From the human T2T-CHM13v2.0 reference genome, Homo sapiens, in the NCBI RefSeq assembly GCF_009914755.1, contig NC_060928.1: a stretch of 64,000 bases of DNA; one strand, 5' to 3'. Position 1 is the stretch's first letter. Each line of letters opens with the position of its first letter. Made by a program: the position numbers and the translations under genes. Shown in pieces: positions 49,100-63,000 of the stretch. The notes beneath the pieces are model-generated. The model was not told the DNA's origin, did no database searches, and saw nothing but the letters and a program-made list of their open reading frames with translations.

Positions 49100-49790
49100 C
49101 CTCCAGCATACCCTAAATCCAACAACTCTCATGGCTTTCACTTTACCTCACTTATCCGAGCCAGCATTTCTTGCCTGGATGCCCTACTGCCCTATGGTCT
49201 ATTCTCCACACAGCAGACTGGGTGATCCTGGGGAAACATGTCAGCTCAAGCTACTCGCTTGCTCAAAAGCTTCTACCAGTTCCATATCTCTTTCATAATA
49301 AAACTAATGATGGTTAATAAGGTTCTACATGACCTGACCAAGCTACTTGTCTAGTCTCATCTCTTATCTCCTCCCTTTTTTCATCCTAGTCTCCATTTTC
49401 AACCTCTTCCCATTGTCAAATGTTTACCTTGCTCTTCCACTGCCCATGTCAGTTTCTCCAGACATTTTCATTGTCACTCTGTCACTTCAATCAGGTTTCT
49501 GCTCATAATCTGCCTTCTTTAAGAGATCTTCCCTCACTGGAAAATCTAAAATAACACTAATCATCTCCCTCTGTTCCTTTACTCTCCTTCAATTTTCTTC
49601 ACAGTGCTCATCTTTGTCTCCTGTAGTATTGATATTTTTGTTATTTAGTTTTCTGCCTCCTAGCCATTGCCCTAAAAATTAACTGGAATGTAAAAATGTA
49701 CTTTATTAGTTTGGTACTCTACTTCTACTCATTGTGCTTACAAAGTGGCCTAGCACATAATAGACGCTTGATGAATATGTTGAATGACGG
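49100..49790 (+). mobile_element. L2 LINE 3' fragment
   Basis: 'tctattctccacacagcagac', 3' end 'gcctagcacataatagacgcttgatgaatatgttgaatga'. Confidence 0.6.
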
Positions 49791-52700
49791 AATGTAAATT
49801 AGGAGTGTCTTCTTAGCTCCTAGGAGTGTATACTTTGCTAAAATAACTTTCAGAGGTATCAATAGCAATTTTAATTCAGGAATCTATTGATGTTATGGTA
49901 CAAGTAGAACAAATGCAGAGATGAGGAAGTAAATAATTCTACAGCATGAAGCAGTGGAACCTGCCACTGTGCACAGCCCTGAAAAAGTTCCGCTTGTAAG
50001 ACAATTGGAGCACACATCACCAGACAGAGCCTATTCTGAATTAAGCACTGGTGAGGCTTTGAGTAGGCTAACTACAAAAGAAAGAAGCCCTAATGAGGCT
50101 AATGTCATGGCAAAATTTTTAAAGTTGACCACGTTTACTGAAGGCAGCAATACCTCAATTACCACTCACTCCCTATAAGGAGATAGAATACAAGTGGCTT
50201 CTCCTCCCACCCTACTATAAGGAAAAATATAGTGCCATATCTAACTTCTTGATGGGACATTTTTCCCATATAAGTTTAAGTTTCACAGACCATGGGGTAC
50301 AGACACCTGGTTTGGATTTACTGACATTTTTAGCAAACCAAAACCAGATTTTTCTCCATCTTTCTACATTCAGAGTCCATTCATCTCTGCTATGATTTTT
50401 GGCATTGTAAGCCCTGCATATGTTAACAGCACTTTGCCTAAGGTGTCTGTTCTAAGAACAAGATTAGCTTGTTTTCTAAATGTGGTGGCACCTTTGGCTT
50501 AATTGAGTGTGATATAATAATTCACTGGACTTTAGTAAAAGTGAGCTGCATCAGAGATTGTTGTCAAACTAATAAATCTTCTGAGGTTCTATCGAACCAG
50601 CAGTCATTCTAGTGGGAAACTGCTCAGGCCATAGCTGCTGAAGAAGTTCTAGCTCACCCAGGCATCTGGAAACCCTATGGCTGAGACAGAGCAAAATATG
50701 GAATAAGGAAGAAAAATTTTAGCTATTAACCTGAAGATTTTAAACTTTGATGTCTTTGGGCTCTTTATCATAAACAGGAAGATAATGATTGCAGACTTTA
50801 ATTCTTTTGAACTTCAAGTTATTTTGACTTTAACATGCAAGAGGATTTAATTTTTGTCCTTTACTTTCTCCCTAAGAAATTTTCAATGGAAGAAGATTTA
50901 TATTCAAAGGTGGGGCATCTCTGCATTGTTAGAATTTTATTAATGAAATGCTTTCACATATTTTATTATCATATACTCAATGCATCATTTAGTCTCACTG
51001 CAAAATCCCTAATAGACTGTGTTAGATGACATGATGGATATAATTTGGGGCAGTTAAAAGAATAGAGAATTATTTTCTAGTCCTGGATATAGAGTGGTCT
51101 TGAAGTTTATTTAATTAATGTATTATTTTCATACATTTTGCTAGCTCCTGGGGACAACAGCTAAATTTCCCACCACACCACATCCTGAGAGGATCCATAA
51201 AGAAGAAATGGATGTCATTAGGAAAAAAGACTTCATCAGGCACTTCCCCTAGGAGGTAGCAGGTCAGATTTTGGCTAAAACTCATATCTTCACCATAGAC
51301 AAATGGTATGCACAATGGGTTAAAAATATCTGGGGAAGGATATGAGGAGGGCTTCTTCTTTCTCAATCTTTAAAGTGAGTTCGATGTGGCATGGAATGAT
51401 CATCTTTGTCTCACTCCACCCCTCACTCACTCCTTTCATGTAGTACAAATTGTCCAGCTTTGGAAAATTTTGGATGAGATTTTTGAATGAGAAATGCATA
51501 GTTCAGCCCACTTTCCACCCACTTCATCTTCGGTGTTAACTGCCAGAAGGAGGCCTGTCATTCTGTTCTGCCCATCCATATTATAAATTTTACAGGGCAG
51601 CTCCCATAAGATGGAACTGATATAGTCTGGTGTTGAATGTGAATGGGCACAGAATCTATTTCTGGTGTTTAGTGTTAGAATGTCTTCTTGCTCACAGGTA
51701 TATGCTACATTTTTCAATATCAGCTTCACCAGCAATAGAGTAATCTTTCATTTGCCCATTTTTTAAAAAAATCTGTTTTTCAACTGGCCTGATTTTGAGT
51801 GAAGACAATTATAATTGAACGTTTTTCCCTAAAATCCTAAGGCTACAATTACATTTACAAAAGTGTAACTGAATGTTTTCCCCTAAAATACTAAGGCTAC
51901 TTAAGGGTATTTTATTTCTTAACTAAAAAAAAAAAAATGTCAGGACAATTTGTCACTTCTCAGAGCATCTCACTGAGCACAATAGAAAAGAAAAAGATCG
52001 CCTATATGATTGTTATAGTCAAAAGCACACTTTAACTAGAAAATATAAATATTCTCAATTTGAGGAAATGGCCAATGATTTAAGAATATCCTTAAATGAC
52101 TAATTAACATATGGTGGAAAGTATTTCAGCAATGCTTAAGGTATTTTTAACTCTAACTTCTAGCTGTGGGACTGTTTTAGCTTCATGAAGCAGCCATAGC
52201 TACATTTAATTCATTCACTATGTCACAGAATGTTTATTATCCACATATGCAGCCCATTCTGATGTCTAATAAAACATGGGCTCTTGTAGCATCCCTGCTC
52301 ATACTTGGTGAACACTATTCCTCAAAACACTCCTGACATCTCTGGTTCAGGAAGCAGAGGAAAGACTTGCTTCCCAGGAAGTGGATTTGATTTCACTCAG
52401 TTTCTCTCCAAACACAGAAAAAGGTATCGTGTAGCTCACGTTCATTGGTTCATGTAGAAATGAACCAATACTCTAAGCATAATAGTATTTCCATTTTGGA
52501 AAACTTTAGCCTAGAGAGAAGATTATGGGGTATATGTTACCTGTCTTAAAGTATTTTGAAGAATTTGTGAAGAGCATATTCTCGTTCCAAGTTGTTCTGG
52601 AAGGCAAAATATGACTAAATGGGTGTAAATCACAAGCTGGAATATTTTGGTTTGGAAAAAAAAAAAAAAACAGAAACAACTTTCTAACAATTACAGCTAA

Positions 52701-52877
52701 ACTGCCAAGAAATAAACTACCTTTTGTAATAGTAAACTGCTCTGAGTTATCTCATGCTGATGTCCTCCAAATGATTCACACCCAGTCCTCAAAATCAGAC
52801 CAAGTCCAGTTGAACTCTCAGAAAGTATGATTCTATGAAAATTCTTCCCGTAGACAAAAGACAAGGAGCTTTGAATT

Positions 52878-55027
52878 CAGTTTTTAGAGGAGAAAAATTT
52901 AATAGATTTTATCTTATTATACATTTTTCCTAAATTACAAAGTCAATAGCTGCAAATATATTCTGCTACAAAGCTTTCTGTAAGAAATATCTCTATAAGA
53001 AAATACATCTCATTAACATTTCCTGTAAATAAATTACTTCAAATAATAATTTTTAAAAGGGTGGACATAAGAAAAATATTGCAGAAACCAAATTGTAAAT
53101 ATAATAATTGTTATATAGGAAATGTTTGATTGAAATGTTCCATTTTCATTTCACCAAGCTTATAGCAACCTGTTTATACAAACTTTGGTTCTTGGATGGA
53201 CTAGTTTATAATTTTTGTTTTTGCAGACCTGTGCAGAAAATGTAAGTCTTAATCATCTTAGTAAATATATGTGGGAAGTTGAAATTTTTAATAGATATAC
53301 AGGCTCAAACTCAATCTCTACTGGGAGAACTTAAATTTGAGACTGCAGATGGGATTTAAGTAAAAGAAAACTAAAAAGTGAATTGTGGTCTACAAAAGTT
53401 TAAAGTCACGACTATAAGATAACCTTTTATTGTTTTGTGCTCCAGACAAAGTATTTAGAACTGAGTTAAGTTTAAAAAAAGTAGTAAAGTGGTTTCAAAG
53501 AATTTAGAAACTGTGGTGTCTATAGATTAGCAATATGCAGGTTTTACAAGTTATCCTACTTATATTTTTTAACCGCAATGGCTGCAGAAAACCGAAACTA
53601 GCCCTTTGGCAATAAAGCAGATGCTGCAGAGGTTTGGGAAGAAAATTGGATGATGCCATTGGCTAGTCAGAAGCTTATAGAGGGCAATGAAACCTCACTA
53701 CTCTGTCTACTTCAGGAGTCCATTTTGTGAAACCTCCTGAAATTGAGATTATTTGAGGATCTCAGCACTATAAAATAAATAATTTGAGGATAGTACGGAC
53801 ACAGGACCTCACACTGAATTCATCTGCATAGTAAATATTATGATAGCAAATCCCATGCAGATATTCATTTAGACTGTGCATCCCCTGGTTTCAAAGATGA
53901 ACAGCCAACTTGTGCCTCAGACATATGATCTATGTGTTGCCAAAACCTGAACAAACGAAAAAGTTTTCCCAATTTTCTTGCTTACTCCAGTGCAGTACAG
54001 ATCCAGCTCAAGTCTCTATTACCACAGAGTATGTATGAATACATGTATTTACCAATCTAATTCTATCAAAATACAGGTTATGGCCAATCTTTAAGAAATA
54101 ATGATCTCTCTGTTAGCTCTTTTCCCACATATATTGGACATCTTTAAATTTTTTTGCCATCTGTGAAAATTCTGCTCTGTGTAAGTATTTTACTAGTCAC
54201 AATTTATGGGTATAGTTTGGAAAATATAATGCATTCAGAGCAGGAATCACATAGGATAAAGAGAGATATACTGTCATTCCGTAGAATCTGAAGGAACTGT
54301 TTTTGTCTTGTATCAGTTCTTATTAATTACAGGTAAAACTAAAATTTTGAAAAAAAAGTATTTGTGGCTGTTTGTTTGTTATTTATTTGTCTTCCTAAAG
54401 GCCTTCCTAAACAACTGGCCATTATTTTGCAATTATTTGGAAATATTGACTGATTTTTTTCTTATCTACCAAGACTCTTGATTGAACAGCAGAAGTAGTG
54501 TTACAAATCAAAAGGTAATTTTCTGTTGTAAATTAACAATGCTCCATGTTTTCATTTCTTGTTTAGCAATTTTATTTTTAGAACCTATTGTATAACAAGT
54601 TATTCTAGGAGTATTTTGTTAAACTCTAACGTTGAATAGAAATCTGGCATGTAGGTTATTTGTATAAGCAATCAGCAATCTGAAGGAAACCTCTCCTCCA
54701 GCACAACCTAAACTCTTGGAAAGTCACATGCTACTCATCAGTAATTTCCACTGTGTGCTTGTTCTCTTAATAATAGCATTTTCCACAAATGTGTACATTA
54801 TTTACATAGACAAGTTGCATAATGGAAACACTGGCTGCACTGCATTTGTCACCCATTCTAATCTATTCAGTTCATGTTTTCTTTCTCCCTTTTTGTGATC
54901 ATCTATATTCTTATCACGTTTCTTATTTTAGCCATTCTTCTGCATCTGAACCTTATTTTCCACCATGCTATAATGCATTAAATACACAACTTCACAGTCT
55001 GCAATTGATGATGTTCCTCAATGGTGA
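52878..55027 (-). other. DKK2: DKK2 3'UTR (approximate)
   Basis: Repeat-free AU-rich sequence between the TGA stop and the predicted poly(A) site; 3' end inferred. Confidence 0.7.
52898..52903 (-). terminator. DKK2: Probable distal DKK2 polyadenylation signal (ATTAAA)
   Basis: Minus-strand ATTAAA followed ~30-45 nt downstream by a GU-rich element (ccttgtcttttgtct, ~52852-52866). Confidence 0.65.
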
Positions 55028-55278
55028 TCAAATTTTCTGACACACATGGAGTCTGGCTTTGGAGGAGTAGGTGGCATCTTTCCATACTTTGCAAGACAGG
55101 CCCTTCGCACAGTCGCAACGCTGGAAAATTTCCAGCCCATGAGAACCCTTCTTGCGTTGTTTGGTACAGACTTCCCCCTGATGGAGCACTGGTTTGCAGA
55201 TTTTGGTCCAGAAATGACGAGCACAGCAAAACCCTTCAATGCAGTCTGATGATCGTAGGCAGGGGTCTCCTTCATGCC
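55028..55278 (-). CDS. DKK2: DKK2 last coding exon: C-terminal colipase-fold Cys-rich domain (CRD2, LRP5/6 binding)
   Basis: (G)HEGDPCLRSSDCIEGFCCARHFWTKICKPVLHQGEVCTKQRKKGSHGLEIFQRCDCAKGLSCKVWKDATYSSKARLHVCQKI*. Acceptor tctctgcag|GG, TGA at 55028-55030, 251 nt, phase 1. Confidence 0.98.
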
Positions 55279-55618
55279 CTGCAGAGATGATGACCAATAG
55301 ATGTTACCCTGACACTTCAGAAAAAAAAAATTCTATTTTGCAATCAGAAGCACATAAAATATTTTTACTTATACTATCTTCTATGTTGTTACCATTTATA
55401 ATGAAAAGTCTTGGTTGATACCAATTGGCTCTGCCTCTTATCACATAAATCTATTATGGTCTGTTTCCATTATTTGCCACCTAAATAACAAGTTTAATGA
55501 CTAGCTAGGATTAAAGAAACTTCCTTGTAATTTTTTCTAAAACCAATGGAATTAATTATCTATATTTTTCTTCTATTTCTTTATTTTAAAAAAACCCCAG
55601 AACTACAGATATCCCTAC

Positions 55619-55774
55619 CTTTTATATGTGACATCTTAGTGTGTGGTCTTCCTAGATTCTGCCATCCCAAGTCATGGTTTGAGTAATGACCGTGGTTTCG
55701 ATCTCTGTGCCGAGTACCATCCAGAGCCGGGATGTGAGGGGTTAAGATGCTTTCAGTAACTGGGATACAGATGC
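55619..55774 (-). CDS. DKK2: DKK2 exon 3: end of CRD1 plus inter-domain linker
   Basis: (G)ICIPVTESILTPHIPALDGTRHRDRNHGHYSNHDLGWQNLGRPHTKMSHIK(G). Acceptor atctccag|GC, donor AAG|gtaggg, 156 nt; in frame with flanking exons. Confidence 0.97.
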
Positions 55775-56872
55775 CTGGAGATGATCATATAATCAGTTAG
55801 ACTAATTCAATTCTATGAAATGTGATACTTATCCACATACTCTCTTGATGTGAAATATGAAGCCATTTATCTATCTGTGTATCTATCTATCTATCCACCC
55901 ATCCATTCATTTACTTATTTATTGAGACTGAGCATACTTTGGCCCTAAAGTGAAACTTCTTTAATATGAATTTTGTCTCTCTCAAGACCAAGTGACCTTG
56001 GACAAAACTGGGAATAAAAGCATAATTTTATATAGTCACAAAGTTATTGTGAATATATGTGAAGAATCAATGTTAGCTATTACTATTTTTAAAGAATCTG
56101 ATCAGACATACATCCTCTGGATCCAGATTCCTTTATTAATTAACAACATAATGTTAGTTTACACTGTAAACTTCTCTAATGGTGTGAGGTCTTCTTCCCT
56201 TCACCTCCTGTGCAAGAGACTCACAGTAGGTCTACACCCAGAGGTCAGGAATAGGCATGAGAAAATGAGCCTGATTATGTTGTTTTATATGATTAAGTAT
56301 ATATTTCTAATTACCTTCTGCAATTATTTAATGTTTTTGCCACATCTTGTCTGTGATCCATTTCATCATTATTACTGAATTGTCTGCCTATAAATTCATT
56401 GATATTGGATGAAGCCAGGTTGGGGAATAAAATGCTGCATCTCCCTTTGGAGGAACCAATCACTCTACTACCATAAGACTGAGCCACAGAACATCTTGAC
56501 TAAACCCAAAGCACAAAACTGGAATAGATATTTGCAACTGCATTACTAAATCATATCAAGTTTCTTTCTTTGGTTCTTTTACATGCATTCACTTATGTGT
56601 TTACTGAAATAGAACATCTTGCTATTTATACACAACACTTCAACATGGCAATATTCTAGATCAGTGTAGGTCATAAAATATAGAAAGTAGCCAGACTCTA
56701 GGAAAACTAAGATTTGGGGAGGTAATCCAGGTAATCTTACACTACCTAAACCAGTTCTACCAGGCTTCTTATATTTCAGGAGTCTGAGTAAGGAGACGAT
56801 AGCCTGACTTGAGAGACAGGCTTATGATGATGAAAAGAAAGAGGCCCATTAACACTTAGTGAGATCTTTTAC

Positions 56873-57023
56873 CATTATTGCAGCGGGTACTGGGGCAGCA
56901 CATGCCATCTCGGTGGCAGCGCTTCTTTTTTCTCCGACACACCATGCAGGCCGATGATCCTTGGTGGGGACTGTGGCAATACCTCCCAACTTCACACTCC
57001 TTATCACTGCTACAAGGGTAGGC
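56873..57023 (-). CDS. DKK2: DKK2 exon 2: N-terminal Cys-rich domain (CRD1, Dickkopf_N)
   Basis: AYPCSSDKECEVGRYCHSPHQGSSACMVCRRKKKRCHRDGMCCPSTRCNN(G). Acceptor tgatgacag|GCC, donor ATG|gtaaaa, 151 nt. Confidence 0.97.
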
Positions 57024-60000
57024 CTGTCATCAAGTGGAACAACACCAGAAGTAAAGGATTAGATCGTGTTTCACTTATGAAACATTACTATAGCAAATCA
57101 TGATAGAAAATGAATCACAATATATCTCACCCGGAAGGAACTATACCATCATCATAATGTTCTGAACCTAGAGCCTAAGTAGTCACACTTAATTGAGGAC
57201 CTTATAAATATCTATTGCTTGATGACAAAGATAAAGCTGACGCTGTTTGTATATTTTCATTGACACAACGCTAGAGTTAGAATTTAGACTTTTATTGATT
57301 CATAGGACCCTTATGTGTGACTTTGGGGTCTCAAGAGCAGTTGTAATTATTGCATTGATGCTATTGTAAGGTAAAAATGACACAGCCATCTTAGCCACTC
57401 GATTTTTTCACCTGTTAAAGAACGATGAGAGAAATGTTAAATAAAACAACAAAGGGCTATGCTAGAAGCCAAAATGTATCTCCTGCCCAATTATGAAACA
57501 AATATTTTAAAAGTGAACCCTTTCAGTTCCTGCCTATAAAAGCAAGGAGGAGAAACATTTCCAGAACAGTATGAGGCAGTGAATTATTTGGCACAAAGAC
57601 ACTAAGGAACAGGATCCTCATTCCAAACACGGTGATAAGCAGCAGTTGAGCTCCCAGCAGCCAGAGAGATGCTAAGCTCCAATTATATCATTATATTCCC
57701 AGGAAGCACAAAAGCAGACTCCTTACAGACCTGAAATAGCCCCACAGGCTACTACGCCTTCTATTGTAAAGAAAGAACCTCTGTTCATACATTTCTCTAC
57801 CTAGGGGTATGTCCAGAAGGCTACTTCAGCAGTGTCATATATTATCTTAAAAAAAAATACATGTGAAATAATACAGAAGGTGGTCAGAGTTTAGGAAAAT
57901 GAAGATTTCAGGGGTTATACATACATATATACCCATTTGTGCACCCCTTGCCTCTTGGAAGTATTTGGAACATTAAAAATGTCCCTGTGTTCAAAGACTG
58001 GAAGTTGAGAAACTAAAATGTCATAACCCACATCAAACTTACTCAGATTTTGAGGCAGGGAGACTCATTTGTAAACCTTTTTTTCTTTTTTGAAGTTGAT
58101 ATTTTTCTCATTTTCAGAGTAATAGATGATTTTTTAATTGAAAATACAAAATATAAAATAAGCTATGTATTTGTTTTTAAGCAACCATAAATAATTTGAA
58201 CATAAACTATGGGATAAAATGGTTATGGCTCTCAAATACTTAGTGAGATTTCAGTGCTTTACTTATGAATTAGGTTTGATGGTATAGCTCGGCCTGCATT
58301 GCTCATGTCTTTTTTTCCTTTTATTTCTTTTACTCTTTCCCTTTCTTCCAGTGTCTTCTCCTCCTGCCCATCTCCTGCATATATGTCTACACATTGAGCC
58401 CTCACATGTTTTCCGTTTAGGTGATCAGATCATCTTCAGTTAGAAAAAGGAAATGTGAAGTTTATGTACGAGTCTGAGAGATAAAAAATGTATTTTAGCA
58501 TCATTACAATTTCTTGTTTACCCTTTAAAGAATTATATAGAAAAACCACCAACTTCAAATTGAAAGTTATTTTGAAGGACTGCATAGTGGCAATGTTTGA
58601 TGCATACTTTATAACTGGAGCCACACAAAGCTATAAAATAAATTTGCATTTCATTGTTCCACTCTGTAACTCCACCATTAGGCTTAAGAGAATCTTAGTG
58701 AGATGAAATTCAGACTATTAAGCCATTTTTCAAGAATCCAAGACTGATGAAAACAAAACAAATATCCCTTCCCGCCTTACCACACTCTTTCCCCCAAGCA
58801 TTTTACCCCCTTCACATTTAAACCCATTAATTTTAATGAAATACAATTCACATGTTTCTGATTCATTTACATTTATTTCATCAAATTGTTTTGCAACAAA
58901 CATTTGAAGTTACAAGTTTCTTTCCTTCCTCAAAAATAGGACATGCTCTTTCAATGGAAATAAACATGTGCCACATAAAACATCATGTGCTATTTACAAC
59001 TCAAATAACAAGTCCTCAAGCCATTCTGAGTATAGGATAATCCTGGATTCCATCCCCCCAAAATAGTCCACAGGATACACTATTTTATTTATTAGCTGTT
59101 ATTGATAGCTGTTTATTTTCTGGTTGTTTGGTAAAAGTAGCAGTGTCTGCCAAAAAATTGTGAATGGCGCATCACCATCTTTCCATTCTCAGTTGACAGG
59201 AACTGGAAAATATTAAAATGACAAATATCTGATGCAGATGACATTAAAAAAATGGGGTGCACAGTAGCCTTATATTTGAATGGGATTACAATAAAATTAT
59301 AATAATTTAATTTTGAAAGAGGGAACCTCATTTGATCAAAAATAGAAAGTATATTAGAAAATACATAGTTTTATTATGCTCCAATATCTCTTTTAATTAA
59401 CTTGAAGTAAAAATGACACAGGCAGAGAAAGTATGCCAAAAAATGCCTAACTATACAAGGTTATGTATATTGGGAACTTGTACTTGGAATGGAATTTCAG
59501 AACATAAATACTAGGAGACATTCTTTGGAAATTTTAAAAATAAATTTTTTAATAATTAAAAAGTAAAGTTGTATTACACAGCTTCTAATATGCTTATGTA
59601 ACTCCTGGATCCAATAAACAGTCTTTATATATGAATACAATCAAGAAGGGATGAAATAAATTGATTAAAGAAGAGTATAGGGAAAGCAAGTGGTATTTGG
59701 GGGCATGCCTTGCCCTCTGAAATCCATGTCCCTTAGCCCAGATTTTTTCAACCGTAAAGCTTACCTTGTAATAACTTCTAGCAAGAAAACATAAAACATG
59801 AAATAATATGGTTCTAACCCATTAATAACAATTCTCATGTCTTACTAAGCATAATGCATTTTATTTTAGTAAAGAGTTTTAAAGAAGGCATTTTCTACTG
59901 AAGTATGAGGGTTCTGCAGTTGCCAGTTGCCATTGGCTTTTTTCCTACATTAGCCCCTCTAAAGTTTCTGGAAATGATATCATTGGTGAAAGGGAGAGAG

Positions 60001-63000
60001 AGAGGGATAGAGGGTTAACAGTAGTTGTGGATGACCCTGAAGAAGCGATGACTGTGGCAATGAAAGGACTGCTGGAGGGAATTATATACATTAATTAAAG
60101 TGCCATTCAGAAACTCTCACATAGATAATCTTTATTTTCCATTTACTTTGACCTCCAAAGGCCATTGTCTAGTCTCATTTGATGATGGCTTTGTGACAAG
60201 CAACAAATAAGCTTGAATACCTTAGTCTAAGTTTCCCTTTAACGAAATCAATAATATGCTTACCTGGTACTTATTTTAAAGGTGAATTAAAGGTCTGATT
60301 TTTATTTTACTTGCTATGGCAATTGTTAATAGTGCATTCTCATGGCTCTTCATTTACCTGGAACAGACTAGATAACTTTTCCTTTTTGTCTGAGGAACAA
60401 TGATTGTGTGGAAGACTGGAAATCAAGTGAAAGAATTAGGGAAGGACTCTAGTACACCTATCACATGCTAAACTGCCCCACAATTGAATCATACGCTCAG
60501 CTTATGAGCATCCAGGAATACTTAGCTTCATGCAGAATCATTCATTATTGCATCAGTTATAATTAGGAGATGAATTAATTCAGGACACCTAATAATAGCA
60601 AACGATTGGCCATAAATTCAGAATACATGAGAACTGTCAGTGATCAGGCCAAAAAAACAAAGACATTTTCTGCAACCCCCTTTCTAGGCTAAAAATAGAG
60701 TGAATTTCCACAAATAGCAGTGTTACTTATTATTACAACCATGACATGAACTAAAAGAAGAAAAACACATTGGACACATTTTGAAAATAAAATCTATCAG
60801 AAATTGGTATTTCGTTTTAGCATAAAATATTTTTTAAAGTCTGTTTCCTCTGTGCTAATTTAGAATCATTACCTAAAATTTTAGCAGTAAAGTAAAGAGA
60901 GTTTAAGTAACTGCTAGAAATAAGTAATGTGTGCTCAGTGGCAGGGAAATTAGAGACCTTGAGTTCTTCCCTGGCGTTCAGGCCTCAGATATCATTACTA
61001 AGAGCAATTAATAGTGAGAGTTTAAAGGATACATCGACAAGGTGACTGAGTGGTGACCTATGTGCTGAAGTTAGAGGTTAGAAAAATATACTTGGCCACA
61101 TCTCTTTCTAGAAGCCTCCGAATACCAACAGCATGTCCTACTGCAGCTGTTGGAAAAAGAGAATACTGGCAGAAAACACTGACAAAGCTGTGAACAGTAT
61201 TTTCTCATTCTATTTCTTGAGCACAGTTTTCTGTTCATTTAAACTCAATGTAAATCAGAGTTGTAATCAAAAGTCCATAATGAAAATAATGATAATTAAA
61301 TAATATTCTAATGAACAAAAGTAAAATAAAATGTAGTCACTCAATCTTCTTTGAAATAATTGAGTCTGTCTTCCCCCAAAGTCTTCTCAAAACTGCAGGA
61401 AGAAAAGGCCCAATAACTTGAGACTTACATTTAGGGTTGAATTAATTTTCACTTGCCTATCCCTTTGAACATGAAAATACAACAATGAAGTAATCAGATC
61501 CCTAAGAACAATGAAAGGAGAAAAAGTGTTTTGGGTATCTCAGTAGCAAAATCATTGAATAAACCTTTGACTACAATTAAAACCTTAGTTTAACTCCTAA
61601 GTTTTCAAAATAATAATATTGTCCTTATTTAATGATGAGAGGAAGAAAAGAAGAGAGAAACATCACAGTGTTCATGTGGGATGGCCACCCATCTGGATTC
61701 TTGCAAGACCGTCCTCGTTTTTTTGTTGTTTTAATCGGGACAATCCTTTGTCCCTACAAGCACTGTTTGTAACAATCTCGGAAGCTTTCTGGAGCCAGAA
61801 AAACATCATCAGCTAGGCAGGCAGAAGAAAGCCTGCAGGGGACGACCCAGCTGTGGGAATGAAAAACATTTGAGGCTAGTGGATAGATGGAGGTAGCAGC
61901 AAAGAACTGGGGATGAGAATATATCTGGGGTCTCTGAGAGCACAGCAGAAGATTGGCAATTACATTTGGGAAACCTGATCGGACTGGCTTGCCCTGAGTC
62001 CTTAGAGAAAAGATTAATTTTCCTCATCATGATATTCTACATGATAGATCTATATTTCCACAAACAGTCAAGGTACACTACCCTTCAGGTGGTCACTTCA
62101 AAATCAAACACTAAAATGCAACTGCAGGAGGTGCAGGGACTTATATGTCAATCTGCCTGTGTGCTGTTGTATACTATCTGCCAAAGGCTGTGCAATCTCA
62201 TCTTTCACTTTGTCTCCTATTACCTCTAGGGGATAAGGGTGTACTGGATGCATCTTTGAGGATTCATGAACATCAGGCCAGGGGGATTGAGCTATATTAA
62301 ATTTAAGGGGAAAAGTTCAGATATTACATGATGTCCTGCATGTGTAGTTACAGGTTCATTAAGGCAGCTGCTTGGGTATTTATTCAGTATTCAATCAATA
62401 TTTATTTAGTATTTATTTATTGAACACCAACTATGATCCAGAAACTACTAGGTCAGTGACAATACAGTCAAATGTATTGTCTGTTACCCCCAAAATAATT
62501 TTGAAAAAAACATATATCCTTCAATACATTTGACACTTAAAATTTTTTGGTGTGTGTGTTTTTGTATTAGTATGAAATATAATGTTAAACATTTTCTAAG
62601 ATAAAATTTGCAGTAATTTGATATGAATAAAATAACTTGACTATTAATTAAACATTTTCTAAGATAAAATTTGCAGTAATTTGACATGATTAATAAAATG
62701 ACTTCTGACTATTATATTAATCAAAGCATACTGATCCTGAAATTAATCACAACATATTTACTCATGGGCATTTTCTCTTGAAAAATTACATAATCTGAGA
62801 AACCTTCAGTTAGATTATAAAATATACAAGTCATCGCAACTATTTTGAACATTCTGCCTACAGAATTTCCAGCTGGGGCCAAGTTTCACTTTTAAAAAAT
62901 TAAGTATAAGACAAAGAAAGAAAGTACCTTTGTGAGTTTAAGATGCCCTGATCAATCATTAAACATATCTTTGTTCCAATCAAAATTCCAAATTTTACTT

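Noticed and set aside
55170-55190. CTCF-like CCATCAGGGGGAAG inside DKK2 exon 4
   Set aside because: Mismatches at key positions and fully explained by the coding sequence (LHQGE)
55018-55290. Overlapping alternative-frame and antisense ORFs over exon 4
   Set aside because: Shadows of the real coding exon with no independent support
55279-55297. ORF-track N-terminus 'MVIISA' on the 89-aa Cys-rich ORF
   Set aside because: Intronic read-through upstream of the exon 4 acceptor (ctgcag|GG); not a stand-alone gene
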